A stretch of DNA of 64,000 bases from Nemertoderma westbladi (GCA_032718475.1 JAUCBJ010007699.1:1-64000); one strand, 5' to 3'; numbered from the stretch's first letter, positions 36,528 through 48,529 are shown. A program made the numbers and translations. The notes: generated by a model from the letters alone, not told the origin.

Positions 36528-38888
36528 ATGTCTGACTCACCACAAACATTGTCAGATAGCCTCTTAGAAAGTGCTAGAATGAGTGTTAGACAGGGTCTTA
36601 AAAAGATCTGGGACTCAGCTAAGAGTATAGAGCGTCTGAGACCAAAGTCCAAGTCCCCTCCTACTGTAAGCAAGGCCATCCCTACAGTATTAATAACAGA
36701 ACCGAGGCTGGTCCAACATCGTAGGTCTATCATAGGCACTCGACCTCAGGTCAAGCGAGACCAAGAAGCAGCGGAACAGCAACAACCCGCGAGCCAGGAA
36801 CTTGTTTCTCAGCGGTCCGACAGCTCCAGTAGTTCGGATACTGTTGAGCGGACGCCCGAGCGCGGAGCGAAGATGGCGGATAAGGTTTATGATGAGCGGA
36901 CAACCTATGAAGAATCAACCGACGCCACTTCTTCTCAAGAAGAAAGCGAAGCGACGGCAGAGAAACAGCATAAGAGGGATGCCATTGACATCTATCTGTC
37001 AGACTATCAACGTTTTTTAGGTGATGACGAGTTGAGGAGAAGGTTAGAGGGACTTAGCCCTAATAGTGAAGGAACCAAGCTTGTGTTGGATGCCATCGAT
37101 GCGGAAATGTTAGCGGCGAACCAAGCTAAATTCGATGAACAACTCCGCATCGCTAGAGAACAAGAAGAACAAGTAAGGAAAAAACGTAGAGAAGATAGAA
37201 AGACAGCAGCAGCGGCAGTGGCAGCGGCAGAAGCGGAAAGAAAGGCAGCAGAGGCAGCGGCAGAAAAGAAAGCGGCAGCGGCAGAAGCGGAAAGAAAGGC
37301 AGCAGAGGCAGCGGCAGAAAGGAAAGCGGCAGCGGCAGAAGCGGAAAGAAAGATAGCAGTGGCAGAAGCAGAACGGAGGGCATCTGAAGAGACAACCCAA
37401 CTAGAGTTGGAAAATCTTCAAGAGAGGCAAGATAACTTTAATAAACAGTCAACAGCTAGTAATATGCAGATGATGAATCGATCTACTCCCAAACGACAAG
37501 GTTATACATCATCTGAGGAAGGCGATACCACCGACGCTGAAGGCGGAGGAAATAGATCTCGTCTAAGCAGACGTAAAAGAACATTCCACCGTCAGAAATT
37601 GCCTGATTTGCCTCCAGCTGTTAGAAGGCAACTAAATAACACCAACTTAGAGAGTACAGAACCCACAGACCAAATAATTACAATAGAAAGACTCCCCACT
37701 ATAGTAGATGAGCCTGAAATAAGTAGGCCTGTTCTTGAAATCACCCCTTCGGTAATAGACACCCCTGTGCTCCCTGAAGCTACCTATAAATTCCCTCTGC
37801 ATAGCACTAAGCTACCTGTGCCCCGTAGAACTGCCCAGGAGACAGTTCAGGTCCTGGACCCCGAGCGAAATATTCCAAATTTGTCGCCCGTTGTCCCTCG
37901 TCTGCCCGCTACGACGTTGGCGGATCCCGTTTCGGCGGTTGATTGGGTAGACGAGAGACGGCGGGGGATGGATATTCTCCTCGGAGAGATGAAGGAGAAT
38001 CGGATACGCTCCTCCCAACAGGTCCGAGAGTTGGAAGGGACTGTCCAACATTTAAAGGGAACAGTGAGGGAAAGTAAGTTAGAGTTGCAAGAAGTGCAGC
38101 AAAATATCGCGCTAGAGCGCGATAAATTAGTAAATTTACAAAAGGGTATACCACCACCCCCTGTAACAATGTGTCAACCCGTTAGGTCTGAAGTATCTCA
38201 TGCGCAAGGTGTGGAGCCTACACGCATTTATACTGCTAGCGAAGTAGAAACTCCTATAGTGAACCCTATTAAGGGTAATTATAGACCTGTTGATAATGAT
38301 ATTCCCTATAGAACTGATCATAATCCGAGAAATTTATATACCGATAACTCGATATTAAATAACACGATGGCCCAAGAAAGTTTTACGCGTCAAATGGCTA
38401 GAACCGAAGCCCGGCAAGCGGTAAAGGTGGGAGAGATCGTCAAGTTCAATGGAGATGAGATGAAATGGTTACCTTTTAATGAATATTACAAAGATAACAT
38501 ACAGAACTCTGTACTATCTAATGGAGAAAAACTTAGATACCTCATCGAGTGCTTGGAAGGATCTCCCAAGTTAATGGCGTTAAGGTTTATTGGACATCCA
38601 GACGGATTAAGACAAGTTTGGGATACACTAAACATCAGGTATGGTAATAGGAATAACATAGCTGGGTATTTGTATGCAAAGTTGGTAGCGCCCCGAAAGT
38701 TTATTAGCAGTGGGATTATAGAGTTTTCCGATGAAATTCAGGAGATCTGCAGACAATTAGATTGGCTAGGTAAGTCTCATGAGTATCAGAGTGCTATGGT
38801 TATTAGAGCAGTGGCTTCTACTTTACCGAAGGGTGGAGTAGGTACACGCTGGGATAAGAAAGTGTTATATATGATGGAACAACAATGA
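36528..38888 (+). CDS. BEL/Pao Gag N-part (coiled coil plus DUF1759-type domain)
   Basis: KFNGDEMKWLPF...LSNGEKLRYLIECLEG...VWDTLNIRYGN is the DUF1759 pattern. It ends at a TGA in frame with the next ORF. Confidence 0.9.
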   Translation: MSDSPQTLSDSLLESARMSVRQGLKKIWDSAKSIERLRPKSKSPPTVSKAIPTVLITEPRLVQHRRSIIGTRPQVKRDQEAAEQQQPASQELVSQRSDSSSSSDTVERTPERGAKMADKVYDERTTYEESTDATSSQEESEATAEKQHKRDAIDIYLSDYQRFLGDDELRRRLEGLSPNSEGTKLVLDAIDAEMLAANQAKFDEQLRIAREQEEQVRKKRREDRKTAAAAVAAAEAERKAAEAAAEKKAAAAEAERKAAEAAAERKAAAAEAERKIAVAEAERRASEETTQLELENLQERQDNFNKQSTASNMQMMNRSTPKRQGYTSSEEGDTTDAEGGGNRSRLSRRKRTFHRQKLPDLPPAVRRQLNNTNLESTEPTDQIITIERLPTIVDEPEISRPVLEITPSVIDTPVLPEATYKFPLHSTKLPVPRRTAQETVQVLDPERNIPNLSPVVPRLPATTLADPVSAVDWVDERRRGMDILLGEMKENRIRSSQQVRELEGTVQHLKGTVRESKLELQEVQQNIALERDKLVNLQKGIPPPPVTMCQPVRSEVSHAQGVEPTRIYTASEVETPIVNPIKGNYRPVDNDIPYRTDHNPRNLYTDNSILNNTMAQESFTRQMARTEARQAVKVGEIVKFNGDEMKWLPFNEYYKDNIQNSVLSNGEKLRYLIECLEGSPKLMALRFIGHPDGLRQVWDTLNIRYGNRNNIAGYLYAKLVAPRKFISSGIIEFSDEIQEICRQLDWLGKSHEYQSAMVIRAVASTLPKGGVGTRWDKKVLYMMEQQ

Positions 38889-38900
38889 CGAGACCCTACC

Positions 38901-41018
38901 ATGGCTGATCTCATGTCATTCTTAGATGGAGAAGTGAAATTACAGCTCCTAAGGCAGTCCAGAGAGAAGACATTGGAAAACAAGGTAAGTGAGAAACCCG
39001 TTTCTAGGAGAAGGGTAACACCAGTATGTTATACCGACGACGGTGAAAGCCAAACTTCTCAAGGAGAGGACAGCGGGAAAGACACTGACAGATCTTATTA
39101 TGTCAATAAAATGCCTAAAGATCAGGTAAGTAAATCCGAGTCTCGACCCAATGACAGAAGGGAACTGGTACAAAAAACCCTTCCTACGTCTCCTAAAAGA
39201 ATTCAGGTGAGAAAGCCCGAGGAAAGAACAAGTGTGCACCACATAGCACAGGTTAAAGTAAGTAACATCAAGCCGAAATGTGTGCTGTGCGACGGGCCCC
39301 ACCGTTTAAATGCGTGTGATAAATTCCTGAGGAAATCACTCGAGGATAGACGTGAAGTCATGTGGGATAAGCGGTTGTGTTATAATTGCCTCAGACGAGG
39401 ACACCAACGGCGAACCTGTAACTCCGACGCAAGGTGTGCAAAGTGCGGCGCAAAACATCATATCTTGTTGCACACGGAATTCGAACGAAACAGCCCGAGT
39501 CAGGTAAGTGAGTCCGAACTACATGTCCAATTCAGTGATGTGAACGACACTGATCAATCTGAGATGGAAGGATTCTATACGGACGATTTCTCCGACCAAA
39601 ACGAATCCTGTTACCTAATAAACACCACCGCAGTGTATCGAGCACTTGTGTATGAGAAAGACACAGACAGCGACCTTACCTTAACTACTTCCGATCAACA
39701 ACCATCTTGGAAAGCGCCAACTTCCAATATAGGAATCCGAGAATTTCCTGTAGTCCAGTTACGGGTCCACGGACCTCAGAAGAGCTATATAGTGAACGCC
39801 CTCCTGGACTCCGGTAGCACAGGAACATTCATCGATAAAGAACTAGCCGAAGTCATCTTTGCTGGACAACCCAAGTTCCGAACCAAGCTAAACATGTCAG
39901 GGATCATGCAGGTTTGGAATTCTACTGTAGCTGCCGACTATTATATAGGTGAGTTGTCCACCCCCCAGGACGAACTAGGAGAACATAGCATCAGGTCAGT
40001 GAAAATGGTGGCTATAAAGAACTTCGCTACTACACAAGCAGACCTTTATAATTGGGACGAGGATGAGAGCATCCAACATCTTAACATACCTCGATTCCAG
40101 ACTGATTATCCTGGAGTGCAAATACTCATCGGCCAAAACGCGCATGAGGCGCTGGAGACATTAGAGAAACGGCCTGCTCAACCGCAGCCACTACAGACCT
40201 ATGCGGTAAGAACTAGAGTAGGTTGGTACCTTACTGGACCTTCCCGTAGAACGCTCAGGGAAAGACTGCTTCAAGATCGCGTCTGCCAGGTAAGTGAATG
40301 GGAAGATGATACTAGTGAGGGAGACGACCCAACTGAGGGAACACCACACTCCTCAGATAATGACAATCTTAACTCCAATGTAGATCAATGGAGATATTGC
40401 CCCAAGACGATGAATACAACTGACATCGCTTCCAGAGGAGCAACTCCTCAAGAACTGACAGATACTACAGACCGGTTAGGTGAACCCGACTTCCTGAGTA
40501 AGGAGGATGAATGGCCTCCCCATCTTACTCCGACTGAGATTAGACCAGCCAAGGGAGCGGAGAAAGTTAAACCTAAAACCCGGACGGGTGGAGCGGAGTT
40601 ATTTGAACCCGGGATAGATCTGTCGGTATTACATATTGCCAGGGACGACGCCGTGGATCTGGACCTCCCCACCGCGAGTGGATCCTTCATGAAGATCAGA
40701 GAGAGCGATTGGAGCTCTGGAACATCAGACGTCTCGCAGGGACTCTCACCTCTCCTGCAGAGAGCGACGGACCACTATAGCTCCTGGAATCGGCTTTGTG
40801 ACGCCGTCATATACTTTGAGCAATGTTTCTATCGTCACTATTCCAGGACGAAGAGGAAACCTGGAATTGTATTCAGGATGCAGCGACTCAATCACCCAGT
40901 CGGTCGTTTGTGTTTACCGGAAGGGAATGGAGGACTCTCCGGAAACTGTGGAAGGCAAGATTCTCATCCCACGACCACCTCCCTAATCCTTCAAACATCT
41001 AGGGACTCCATAACGTAA
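38901..41018 (+). CDS. BEL/Pao Gag zinc knuckles plus aspartic protease, fused to a post-RNase H remnant
   Basis: Knuckles CVLCDGPHRLNAC, CYNCLRRGHQRRTC and CAKCGAKHHILLH; protease ALLDSGS; then AVRTRVGWYLTGP followed by QWRYCPKTMNTTDIASRG...EWP. No RT, RNase H or DDE motifs. Confidence 0.9.
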   Translation: MADLMSFLDGEVKLQLLRQSREKTLENKVSEKPVSRRRVTPVCYTDDGESQTSQGEDSGKDTDRSYYVNKMPKDQVSKSESRPNDRRELVQKTLPTSPKRIQVRKPEERTSVHHIAQVKVSNIKPKCVLCDGPHRLNACDKFLRKSLEDRREVMWDKRLCYNCLRRGHQRRTCNSDARCAKCGAKHHILLHTEFERNSPSQVSESELHVQFSDVNDTDQSEMEGFYTDDFSDQNESCYLINTTAVYRALVYEKDTDSDLTLTTSDQQPSWKAPTSNIGIREFPVVQLRVHGPQKSYIVNALLDSGSTGTFIDKELAEVIFAGQPKFRTKLNMSGIMQVWNSTVAADYYIGELSTPQDELGEHSIRSVKMVAIKNFATTQADLYNWDEDESIQHLNIPRFQTDYPGVQILIGQNAHEALETLEKRPAQPQPLQTYAVRTRVGWYLTGPSRRTLRERLLQDRVCQVSEWEDDTSEGDDPTEGTPHSSDNDNLNSNVDQWRYCPKTMNTTDIASRGATPQELTDTTDRLGEPDFLSKEDEWPPHLTPTEIRPAKGAEKVKPKTRTGGAELFEPGIDLSVLHIARDDAVDLDLPTASGSFMKIRESDWSSGTSDVSQGLSPLLQRATDHYSSWNRLCDAVIYFEQCFYRHYSRTKRKPGIVFRMQRLNHPVGRLCLPEGNGGLSGNCGRQDSHPTTTSLILQTSRDSIT

Positions 41019-42671
41019 CAACATATGGAGTGGGTGTGTGACTCTATTATTTTATATTATTTTATTATTTTTATATTTATGTATGTATTACTATGTAATT
41101 TTATTATAATCGTTTTATTTAATTTAGTAGAATGTTAATTTAGCGATTATTTAGTAGATTAGTGCAATATATATTCGTGTTTATTACGTACGTAATTACT
41201 TATATTATATTTAGTGCAACGGCGAGAAATAATTATTTTTCTCTTTCCTTACTGTCCGTATTATATTATAAATACGTAACTACAGTAAGATGAAATGTCC
41301 GTACTTATTAAAGTACAATAAAGCCACTACTATATTTAAGTATTATTGGTAGGCAGAGTATTAGGAATGCAAAGTTCAGATCCTCGTGTCTCGGCTAAAC
41401 CAAGCTCTGGGTAGACCTTGGAAACGACTTGCCTCTTCACACTGACATTGCTTCGTGCGATATTGCTCTCATACCGTATATTAAATAATACATATAGTAG
41501 CGTGATGTCCCTTTAACAGTAGCGTATAACGCAAAATAAATCTGTTAAACCCTTTGACCATCTGTAATTCTAGTCGATTAAGATATCGCGGCACCCACCG
41601 ATATACTTGAAAGACAAATTCTAGAATCAGTGGTTAACGTCCCCAGACAAGTTCTGGAATAAATTGGTGCCTATCTCAAATATTAATTATTTAATATTTG
41701 CAAATCTAATAAATCAAATCTGTAAAATTCAGATCCTTCAACAATTCTAGTCAATTAAGATATCGTAGCATTTACCGATATTCTTAAAAAAGACAATTGT
41801 CATAGAATTAAGGATCTTGTGTCCCTAGACATGTTCTAGAATCAAAATATGTCCATTTAATTATCAAATAATAAAATTTCAGGGAATAAATTTAAATTCA
41901 TGCCTTTTAATGAATTTAATAAATTGCCATTTTTACGCAATTTATAAAGTTCCCAAAATTCCATTAATTAATAGATCAAGGGAGCGGAGATTTATCTTAT
42001 CATGCGTATGAGTGTGTGAAAGTCTCCCAAACATAGTCAATAGCCGATAAAATTCATAAAGTCATGTATAAAACAGAACATTGACTATTAAAGAATACTA
42101 TTAAATAACATCCCAGATCTGTATGCATTGGAATCACCCTAATTCTACCGCTAGCTTTGCATAATGTCACCATAGCAACAACCACGCTAGAATTAGAATT
42201 GAGTCAAAAGAACAATAGAAAGCTTGTCCCATTGAATAGCATAGGGAATAAATAGCGCACTACTAGTATCCAAGGATACATAATAATACAGTGACATTCT
42301 GGAAGGCATGACTAACGGACAAATGGCCCGAATGTGTGTAATTTGTGACAAGTTGTGTGTGTGGTATTTGTGAGTTTATAGGTGAATGTTACTGCTAAAG
42401 TGTGTTTACAGTAGCTAGTCGCAATCGTAAAAGTAACCTAACTCTCCAAGGAAAACCTGAAGTACATCTAAGCCTTTGGGACGGACAGTTGAGTGACTTG
42501 TGCCGGTTGTCGTTGTCGTTGTGCGGCTACGTCGTTGGCGAAAGTACAGCGGCGACGACACATCGGCGCTGAGGATCTCGTACTGTCCGGGGGTTGATTG
42601 GGGTAGGCAGCGACGCCCGCTCGCCTAAATATAAACTCATTATAATATGGATAAACTCATATATAGCAGAT

Positions 42672-43952
42672 ATGACGGAGTTGATAGAAGATGGTCTTAG
42701 TATCGGGGAGCGATATACTCTACTTTTACAAGCGTTTGTTGATAGCTTAATACGCGGCGACGTTAGTCCAACTGCTGCGGAGGACGATGGTCGTTATATC
42801 GAACCGCCAATGTCCCAAGAGCAGCTCGCGCGAGTTGGACTATAGAAAATTCGCTGCTCGATATACGCAGCGTAATGGTACGTATATGGTCTTCTTAACT
42901 ACTGGTCATCTTATCGATTTACACAATACAGGCTATGTCGACTATATATCCTGCCCAGTGGAGTCGGAACCATAAACTGAAATTCGAATGCGAAAATTCT
43001 ATTCGAAATCGACTCGAAAGAAAAGACACTAAAGAAACAAATGGACGCGGTAACTCCAACGTATATTTGGAATTCTTGATAGAAGCATTGTAACAACAAA
43101 TAAATATCACCCGCGTTTACCCTACCAGACGTGCGTCTTTGGTATTATTACGATAAATGCCCTAGACCCAACTAATAAACGGAAAGACATAAACATCCAC
43201 GTAAACCGAAACTTGTTGACGTATCACCTATGCTCACTCGGCTCGAACGATCCTGGAGTAAACCTACGATCAGAGTCCCGGAATACTCGGTCAAACCTCC
43301 TCATTCCTTAGTTGGACCTCAGACCTGCGATCCTGGTGGTGTCGCGGATCCTCGCGGACTGTATTCACTGTTCAAGATCTAGTGCTACCCTAACAATTAA
43401 TCGGTAACACTCCGACAGTGATTTCTAGCTAGCCGCCCATCTTACCTAGCTGGATTATGACGCAGACACCTAATATCACTATCCAACCGTATGGTCGTCC
43501 CGTTTAATGCGATACAACCCTTCATCAAGGTGAAGGAGAGCGTTGTACGAAACGAGTTAAACGCTATTCTATAAAGATCAAAAAAGAAACCTGCGTTTGT
43601 TCAGATAAACGTAAGTTATAACAGTAAGTCCAATCGATAAACGAATTGGCCTTATCTCAGTTCGATTGGGAAACCTCGAATCTCAAAGAAGATATCAAGC
43701 TTAGAAAACCCTATTCTCTGCGAGAGTTTTGGACGAACGTATCCCATGACAAGCGGAGGAAAATCAGCTCGAGGAGAAGCATATCGAAATGGACGAGACA
43801 CCGACCGTAAACCCAAACCTTTTAATGCAATCATATTGCACCCTTCACCCAGGAGTTATGGCCCTCCTAGTAAAGTGGCTCCCCCCAAAGAGAAAAGGAC
43901 TCTTGCTAGCCTCAAAAAACTGCGTAAACGCCGTCTGCGTAAGAAAGACTAA
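42672..43952 (+). pseudogene. Degraded extra reading frame(s) in the BEL 3' region
   Basis: A GC-richer, coding-like block inside an AT-rich UTR, with overlapping short + ORFs ending LKKLRKRRLRKKD-stop. No recognised family. Confidence 0.35.
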
Positions 43953-44030
43953 CTGTTCAGAGTATCTTTATGTTTTAGAAACTGTGATTTTTATATTTTA
44001 TAGACTAAAAATCCCATTTTCTGGGAGCGG

Positions 44031-45225
44031 TGTAAAAGCTTTTGCTGAATTGTCCGGTTATTTTTCCTTATTTTCCCGTAAAGTACTCTGTAGTTGGTTT
44101 ACCAGGCATAAAAAGGCCGTGTCCTTGCTGTACTGGTGTTTTAGCGGACATAAAAGCTATTTCTTCTGTATTTGTACTTTAGAGGACATAATCCGTAATT
44201 CCGTGATGTAAAAGCTCGATACTCTTGAAAACAGTGTCGCTACCATGACGACGGCTAGCAGCTGATATTGCCACGTCGACGTTTCTTTGTTTCTCTGTTC
44301 TCTCGTTGTTCAGGTTGACCAATCAGAGCGTTTGTTGTCTCTGTGTTGGAGGTATATACAGAAACTCAGTAGTTCAGTGTTATGTTTTTGCCCAGAGCCT
44401 AAGAACCGGCTTTTGGCACCTCCGTGTTTCAGTTTTTAGTCTTACACTAGTAGGTTTAATTATAAGGGCATATATCCTTTAACTGACATACCGATCAAAC
44501 TCATGGAATCACTGATCTGGGAATACACTGACTGCTGACACACGGCTTTTAATAACTGCTGAAACTGCTAAAATTACCTGCTCAATCGATACTGTATACT
44601 GCTATTTGTTGTCGGTTATTCATTATATTGGTTGATGAATTATTATATTGGAATAACGAGAAATAACCCCCGAAAACCCAATATTCTTGATATACCGAAG
44701 GTAAGAGAGAAAGGTTACCAATAAAGATTGTGACTTATGTTAAAGTGGTTTGAAGTGAATCTAATGTTATTTGATAGACCCTACATGAGTCAGTCTGTGT
44801 TCCTTTTATATGTGACTAAAATCAGTGAAGATTGGCAGATTAGTGTGCAGTATTGTGCAGCATTGTGTATGAGTGAGTCTGTTAAAGAAGCAATTCCTAA
44901 AGAATGCGCCATATATGTGAATTATAATTAAGCCATATCGTTGTGAGTAGTTTAAGTCATAACTCTGTTTATATAAATAAAGCGCCAATAATATTGTCAG
45001 AGATTATAATACTGTCAATCGAATAATACATTAGGCTTACATAGCAATAAAATTAAACCGTCGAACCCAATCTCCCGGGAATATCCAGCGGGTGAATGGT
45101 CGCGCACAGATTGGTTTCGACTAGTGTAGTGAATCAAATACTTGTCATAGACTAAAAACGATTTAATATCTAGAAGACATCTTAATTTGGCGGGTTAAAC
45201 TGCCAAAGGTCTGAAAGCGCGAACA
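44031..45225 (+). repeat. 3' LTR (1195 bp)
   Basis: Direct repeat of 33121-34350. Confidence 0.96.
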
Positions 45226-45809
45226 GATATCCGGCAACTACAGTCACAGACACCGACTTTGCGGATGACATCGCCCTGCTCTCTAATACGCTAGCAGATG
45301 CACAGCTTCTACTATATAAAGTGAAGAGGGCTGCTAAGGAGGTTGGATTGCATATAAATGCTACCAAGACCGAATTCATGACCTTTAATGTTGATGGAAA
45401 CTTGACAACCATTGATAATAATCAACTAAGGCAGGTCGATGACTTCCAGTACCTTGGATCATGGATAGAGAGTAGCAAAAAGGACATAGAAGTTAGGAAA
45501 GCAAAGGCTTGGGTAGTTCTATCAAAAATGGATACCATCTGGAAATCAGATCTCTCCAGGCACCTGAAGACTAAGTTCTTTCGAGCCACAGTGGAAAGTG
45601 TATTTTTATGAGGGCAGCCCTAAACATCAGCTGGAGACAGCACATGGTACAATACCACCTGTATCAACCCCGGCCATAACATATATAGATCAACTTGAAA
45701 GGGACACTGAACTTGGGAGAAACGAAATTGCGACAACTATGGAGAATCGGGAAGCCTGGAAGGATCTCATTTCCACTGTCCGAGTTCGCTCGACCTAGTA
45801 GTAGTAGTA
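45226..45809 (+). mobile_element. RTE-clade LINE, 3' part, with internal deletion and (TAG)n tail
   Basis: Motifs DFADDIALLS, GLHINATKTE and FQYLGS; ends VRVRST-stop then TAGTAGTAGTAA. Confidence 0.92.
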
Positions 45810-46099
45810 ATGGAACATAATTAAACATTTGTATAATATTATATTATCCATAAATGAACAATTAATTAATTAATGACCTTTTATTTCCAAGAAATAGGTC
45901 GAGACTTTTACTCAGCTGACTTCCTGGAGGATTGGAACGTTTTGGAGTTTTTAATTTAACTTCTACAGAAGATGTAACTGGAAGTGTCGGATTTCGCACC
46001 GTAACTGGAATTGTCGGATTTCGCACAAGGTGTGGCAGAGGATATGGGTCCACTTTTTCATTCCTGGAAATATAAATTAAATTAATAATTTGAAAATAC

Positions 46100-46640
46100 G
46101 ATATCTACGGAGCCTCTAAAGGCCAAACAAAGGTGGGGGTCACTTACGACGCAATCTCTGATTACAGTACTCCCAAAAATAGAACTGTAAATGATAATAT
46201 TATTATTATTATCCTTTTAAGGGGGGAGGTAGCGCTACTTCATTTTATCAAGATTCCAAATTTGAAAACCGTTTCGCAAGATCTGTCTTACTTCTCGAGA
46301 TATGGCTGTCTGTCCGTTTTACTGTCGGTTTGTCCGTCAGTATGTCTGTCCGTCAATAAAAACATAATATCTTTCTAAAAAATTCCCTATAAGGGCTTTC
46401 GTGGTCGGTGACTTCATTTCTGATGTCATAAATCAAATTTGGCGTTGTCGGTTCTGTCTGTATGCCTGACAGTCTGTCTGTCAAAATATAACCGACAGTC
46501 TGACAGCCAATTTGTAAGTCATCAAATGTTAAAATTGACACTAGAAATGAATTCTGCGACTAGGAAAACCCCTAGAGCTAAACTTTTAGCATTTTTAATA
46601 TTTTTTCATCAAATTTTGACAGAGTAACCACATGCCTGCC
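46100..46640. mobile_element. Possible non-autonomous element with (CTGT/CCGT)n microsatellite (Helitron/DINE-like)
   Basis: Degenerate CTGTCTGTCCGT tracts at 46305-46353 and 46453-46482; no termini defined. Confidence 0.25.
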
Positions 46641-47473
46641 ATCTTCAAAAGTTTTGGTCAGAATTTTAAAATTTTGATCCTAACTCTTTTTTTTGGCTTC
46701 TAAATGTGAAAAATGCTAATTTCTTCGAAAGAATAGGAAAATAATTAAATAATTTGATAATAAAATTGGAAATATTCAATATCAAAAAATTTTGACCAAA
46801 ACTTTTATTCAACCATATATCCTAATTATAAATACGAAATAATTAGTTATATAACTAATGTTTGTAAGAAGAGTAGTGTTTATAGTAATAGTTATAATTT
46901 TATGCTAATAAATAGCACTAAATTATTATAACTATATTACAAAAAAAAAATTTTTTTTAGACAAAAGAATGATCGATTGACACTTTAACCAAAACTTATT
47001 CATATTGGACAAATCCTTGCCATGTTACTGTGTCATTGTAGCGCATCATCTTCGGATAACGCCTCATCCTTTTCAGTAAACTCTTGGGTTTCGAAGTTGA
47101 AATATTCTGTTATCCGTTGCTGTGTTTTCTCGGACTCCAGGAATAAATGGAGCCAGTTCGGAACAGGAAAGCCTCGGCTACGCCTCGGCTAGTTCCTGTT
47201 CCTCGGGTTAAAATAACCGGAAAAATAACAAAATATCAGGGTAATAAATACAGATGTAATATTAGCCATATATGGCGTGATATATGAATATGAATATAAT
47301 TTGATATGACGTGATATATGAAAACGAGTACAGGTGGGTGTGTCTTAGTGCAATGTTTTTTACCCGGGAGAAAAATGTTTTTCCCCTGGGTGAAAAACAT
47401 TAATAAATTGAAATAATTGGCCGCATTCAGCCACCGTAGAAAGCAGTTCCATTCGAATAAATAAATCAATAAC

Positions 47474-47634
47474 CTTTTAGATGCAGCGGTTCCCATATCA
47501 TCTGAGTGCGAACCACCAGTGGGAGTTTTCTCGGTTGTTAGAGCCGGTCGAGCAGTGTTATTGGTCGGCCGGGATGAATCGATTACTACGGTGTCTGCAA
47601 TGCCACTCGTTTTAGATTTCACTTTAGGGAATGG
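47474..47634 (-). CDS. Candidate upstream TTLL3-like exon (161 bp, phase 0-2)
   Basis: ttatttgcag|CCA TTC CCT...TCT AAA AG|gttatt, stop-free. The phases fit both neighbours. The sequence is low-complexity with no homology support. Confidence 0.5.
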
Positions 47635-47759
47635 CTGCAAATAACAATGCCAGGAATGTTTAAAAGTTTAAAAAGAAGCAATAAAATTATTAGCATCCTA
47701 CACATTATGATTATAAGAAACACAAAAGGATATTCATTTTGGCTTTGATTTTCTCAGGT

Positions 47760-48090
47760 TACTACTAGGATCGGCATGCTGCATTGCAGCTGCATTTTTA
47801 AGAATGCTGTGCCGGCTTGTCAACAAAATTGCACCGCCACAACTCCCTATCACCCATGACATTTGCTAGATCATCCGCATCTTTAAGGCCAGTGTCCTTT
47901 AAGATGCGTCTCAAGAAAGTCATGGGCTGTCCACCATGCTTATTCACTCCATGAGGCTGCCAAAGTACAAGATTATGCACTGGCTGGTCCTCACGGCGAA
48001 AGCAATGTCCTGCAAAGCGGAGGCGATTTTGTTCTAGTGTCAAGCTTGGGGGAACCAATGAGACACCTCCAATGTTATATAGCTCAGGTT
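47760..48090 (-). mobile_element. RTE 3' fragment, same family as 14725-15488
   Basis: RLRFAGHCFRREDQPVHNLVLWQPHG...DKPAQHS with the same 3' UTR. Confidence 0.9.
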
Positions 48091-48529
48091 GGCTTGGGTT
48101 GAGCTTCCGGGGACCTCTCCGGTTCGGTTATCAAACTCCGGTCATGTGTATTTTAATTGTAAGGGATTGAAGAGATATTTCAGAAAATGTAATTCAATAA
48201 TGTTTATTAACTCTATTTGGACCGCGGGGGGTGGGGGGATGGGGGGTGGGGCGGGGGGGGGGGGGGGGTCAATTTATACATTTTTTTGTAATTCATCTGT
48301 ATCTTTGTATCTTTCTATCTTTGTATCTGCATCTGTATCAGGTTTGTTGGGAAAACCAAGATTTCGTGACTTTTCCTAAAATGTTATGGACTATCCAACA
48401 GAGTTTTCATGAGTTTTAGTTTTCGTGCGGTGGTCCCATTCTGGCACGTCGGTCCTCAGTATTTTTCGTGCTAAAATTTTCAAAAGTTGTTATAGCTCAC
48501 TAAATTTAATTTATTTGCGATATATAGCG

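Larger units (their letters stand above)
33121..45225 (+). mobile_element. BEL/Pao LTR retrotransposon, non-autonomous (gag and protease only), 12.1 kb, TSD GATAT
   Basis: Two TG...CA LTRs; GATAT at 33116-33120 and 45226-45230; PPT-like GGGAGCGG before the 3' LTR. Excision restores the RTE frame RRSSRYPATTVTDTDFADD. Confidence 0.96.

Noticed and set aside
41566-41845. Diverged 177-bp duplication in the BEL 3' region as a separate element
   Set aside because: No termini or TSD; it is an ordinary internal UTR duplication.
47030-47205. Acidic minus-strand mini-frame and GAACAGGAA...TTCCTGTTC hairpin as a host exon
   Set aside because: The frame ends in a stop with no donor. It is more likely a DNA-transposon remnant, which I cannot classify.
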